Shown one piece after another: positions 33,617-35,099 of a DNA stretch of 35,099 nt. Position 1 is the first letter of the stretch. Each line of letters begins with the position of its first letter. Source of the stretch: an uncultured archaeon (GTDB taxonomy: Archaea > Aenigmatarchaeota > Aenigmatarchaeia > CG10238-14); assembly GCA_964392445.1 (NCBI GenBank), contig CAYMPD010000009.1, forward strand, positions 1 through 35,099. Reading direction: 5' to 3'. The translations under genes were made by a program, and so were the position numbers. Under the pieces are notes generated by a model. That model was not told the DNA's origin and ran no database searches. It saw only the letters and a program-made list of their open reading frames with translations.

Positions 33617-33718
33617 CTAACTCATTGGTTTAAAATATCTGCACTCTCTTATGAATCCCTGTTTATGTGGCCATGGACATCCGCCATCATAAGCCCTGAC
33701 ACAATTATTGCAGTTCAT
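33617..33718 (-). CDS. 33-aa Cys-cluster micro-protein, not in the ORF track (MNCNNCVRAYDGGCPWPHKQGFIRECRYFKPMS)
   Basis: Translated by hand; ATGA overlap with the upstream gene; four Cys. Confidence 0.6.
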   Translation of the reverse strand: MNCNNCVRAYDGGCPWPHKQGFIRECRYFKPMS

Positions 33719-34026
33719 TTAGTTACACCATCCTGGTCAGGCATATCATCGGAATAAACTGTTAATCCACACTTCTTACATCTCCAAACCCTGGTTTCAT
33801 TCCTGATAAAATTTTTTACTTTTGCCTTGTTTAATTTCATTAGATCCAAATTCGGATTATGTTTTCTTTTTATGGAACCAACTACGTTCCTCATCCTTTT
33901 CAGATACTCAGGATTATTAGTTAATTCCTCCCACTCGTGTTTATGTGACTTAAACACTCTTTTAGCCCTTAATTTTTTCGGGCGATTATCTATTCTAGGT
34001 ACTTTGAAGTTCCATAGTTTAGGCAT
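33715..34026 (-). CDS. Hypothetical protein with split H-x-H...CxxC metal site
   Basis: HKHEW near the N-terminus and WRCKKCG near the C-terminus. Confidence 0.6.
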   Translation of the reverse strand: MPKLWNFKVPRIDNRPKKLRAKRVFKSHKHEWEELTNNPEYLKRMRNVVGSIKRKHNPNLDLMKLNKAKVKNFIRNETRVWRCKKCGLTVYSDDMPDQDGVTK

Positions 34027-34249
34027 TCTTCTCCCTCGCCTTTTCCATTAGCCGAATCCATACTGGGATCCTAACAAACATGGCTTCAAGAACCTGCGGA
34101 GCTAAATTGATTTTCTGTGTGGTTTGCCAACCCTTTCCCTCTACATCTTCTCTCCTCTGTAGTTGGACATTGGTATCCCAGACAGCAATCTCTATATTCT
34201 TTCCTTTTCCTAAAAATACTTTAAACTTTGCTATAGGTGGTTTTCCCAT
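34019..34249 (-). CDS. PC4-like ssDNA-binding protein candidate
   Basis: PIAKF...IEIAVW...V.LQR......W.TT..I.L pattern of small viral PC4-fold proteins. Confidence 0.45.
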   Translation of the reverse strand: MGKPPIAKFKVFLGKGKNIEIAVWDTNVQLQRREDVEGKGWQTTQKINLAPQVLEAMFVRIPVWIRLMEKAREKNA

Positions 34250-34252
34250 ATC

Positions 34253-34657
34253 TTAACCTCCAATTAATTTTCTTAAAATTTTAAAGAAACGCCTCACCTT
34301 ATCCCACAGCGTATCTTCTCTCTCATCCCAGGTTGAATCCGTTTCCCAGTCTGACATTGAATGAGACGGATTACTGGCATGAACATAACCTGCAAAATTT
34401 TTACCTACTCTCACATCCAGACTTTCATCATCTAATTTCAGCCTGCGTTCAATTTCAGCCATCTTTCCTATCTCCAACCCATTTCTAAATAATATCCATC
34501 TGTAATAATACTTTTCATTCTCGTTCCAGTGATGCCCGCAAAACCTGTTCTTTGACAAGTTATTTTTACTAGTTACTGGGAAATATTTAGCCTTATACTT
34601 ACATTTAGTTCCGTCTTTATTCTCACACGAACACTTTACTAGGTTCTTCTTTGACAT
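34253..34657 (-). CDS. Zn-finger protein (C-x-C...G..C...FC..H)
   Basis: CSCENKDGTKCKYKA...RFCGHH at the N-terminus. Confidence 0.65.
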   Translation of the reverse strand: MSKKNLVKCSCENKDGTKCKYKAKYFPVTSKNNLSKNRFCGHHWNENEKYYYRWILFRNGLEIGKMAEIERRLKLDDESLDVRVGKNFAGYVHASNPSHSMSDWETDSTWDEREDTLWDKVRRFFKILRKLIGG

Positions 34658-34874
34658 TATCCTCTCCTCTAAACTGACTGAAGAACTCCTCTCTCATATT
34701 TTTATCCTCATTAAATTTCGACATAGCCCATCTAATGAAATCAGATCTGGTCAGGTGAATTCCAGTTTCATTTTCAAACTGGTCCATTATCCTGTCGGTC
34801 TCTTCTATGGTTCTAACCTCTCCTAAGAAAGAAGTCTTCTTTGTTAAATCTAAATAGCGTTTTATTTTTACCAT
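34623..34874 (-). CDS. RHH/CopG-like DNA-binding protein
   Basis: TSFLGEVRTIEETDRIM...LTRSDFIRWAM; first gene of the minus-strand run. Confidence 0.7.
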   Translation of the reverse strand: MVKIKRYLDLTKKTSFLGEVRTIEETDRIMDQFENETGIHLTRSDFIRWAMSKFNEDKNMREEFFSQFRGEDNVKEEPSKVFV

Positions 34875-34998
34875 TCTCTCACTTCTGGCATACTTATTCT
34901 AATCCTTATTCTGAAGAACACATTTAAATGCTTAACCATGCTATCTCAGTAAACTTATTTATATTATAACAGTCTTATAACTACCAAGAGGTGAAGTC

Positions 34999-35099
34999 AT
35001 GACCATTGAAATTCGCCCTGTTGGAATCTATCCAACTAAACATGGCATGGTGGATCGGAACCAGAAAACCTTAAAGAACTTTACCCGGAAACCCAGGAA
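34999..35099 (+). CDS. 5' fragment of a divergent gene (MTIEIRPVGIYPTKHGMVDRNQK...), truncated by the window
   Basis: GAGGTGA RBS just upstream; frame open to the window end; TATA-like tracts at about 34955-34980. Confidence 0.6.
   Translation, partial: MTIEIRPVGIYPTKHGMVDRNQKTLKNFTRKPR

Larger units (their letters stand above)
1..35099. mobile_element. Archaeal virus/provirus with HK97-type head module (boundaries not visible; may extend past both ends)
   Basis: Co-oriented terS-terL-portal-protease-MCP-head completion genes; archaeal-style RBS and TATA boxes; no host housekeeping genes in the window; no integrase or att site seen. Confidence 0.9.

Noticed and set aside
1-35099. tRNA/rRNA genes, integrase/att sites, DGR, IS elements, stop-codon reassignment
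   Set aside because: No cloverleaf or T-loop motif, recombinase, reverse transcriptase or transposase motif seen by eye; ORFs tile tightly under the standard code.

Overview
The window appears to be most of the genome of an archaeal head-type (HK97/Caudoviricetes-like) virus or provirus. Archaeal evidence: GGTGA/GGAGG ribosome-binding sites, TATA boxes about 25 nt upstream of starts, ORB-like boxes, and N-x-S/T-rich secreted proteins. Layout: (i) 35-1949, a minus-strand arm of small ribbon-helix-helix-like genes interleaved with Orc1/Cdc6-type ORB boxes and a repeated hairpin motif; (ii) 1950-2742, a repeat-rich non-coding control region; (iii) 2743-7226, a plus-strand early block (half-PCNA-like protein, Zn-ribbon/wHTH, AT-rich accessory genes, PD-(D/E)xK nuclease); (iv) 34874 down to 7643, one long minus-strand run: RHH, PC4-like and Zn-finger micro-proteins, terS, terL, portal, a 9 kb insert, prohead protease/scaffold, major capsid protein, head-completion proteins and small membrane proteins. 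Most striking: a 1493-aa nucleic-acid end-repair polyprotein (two ATP-dependent ligase cores, nucleotidyltransferase, degenerate MBL fold, LigD-type phosphoesterase, HTH) between portal and protease; an ASCH-like domain fused to the portal; two large paralogous signal-peptide glycoproteins inside the virion operon; and no recognisable tail module. No integrase, polymerase, helicase, tRNA, rRNA or CRISPR array was seen. All family calls are by-eye motif recognition; no database search was run.
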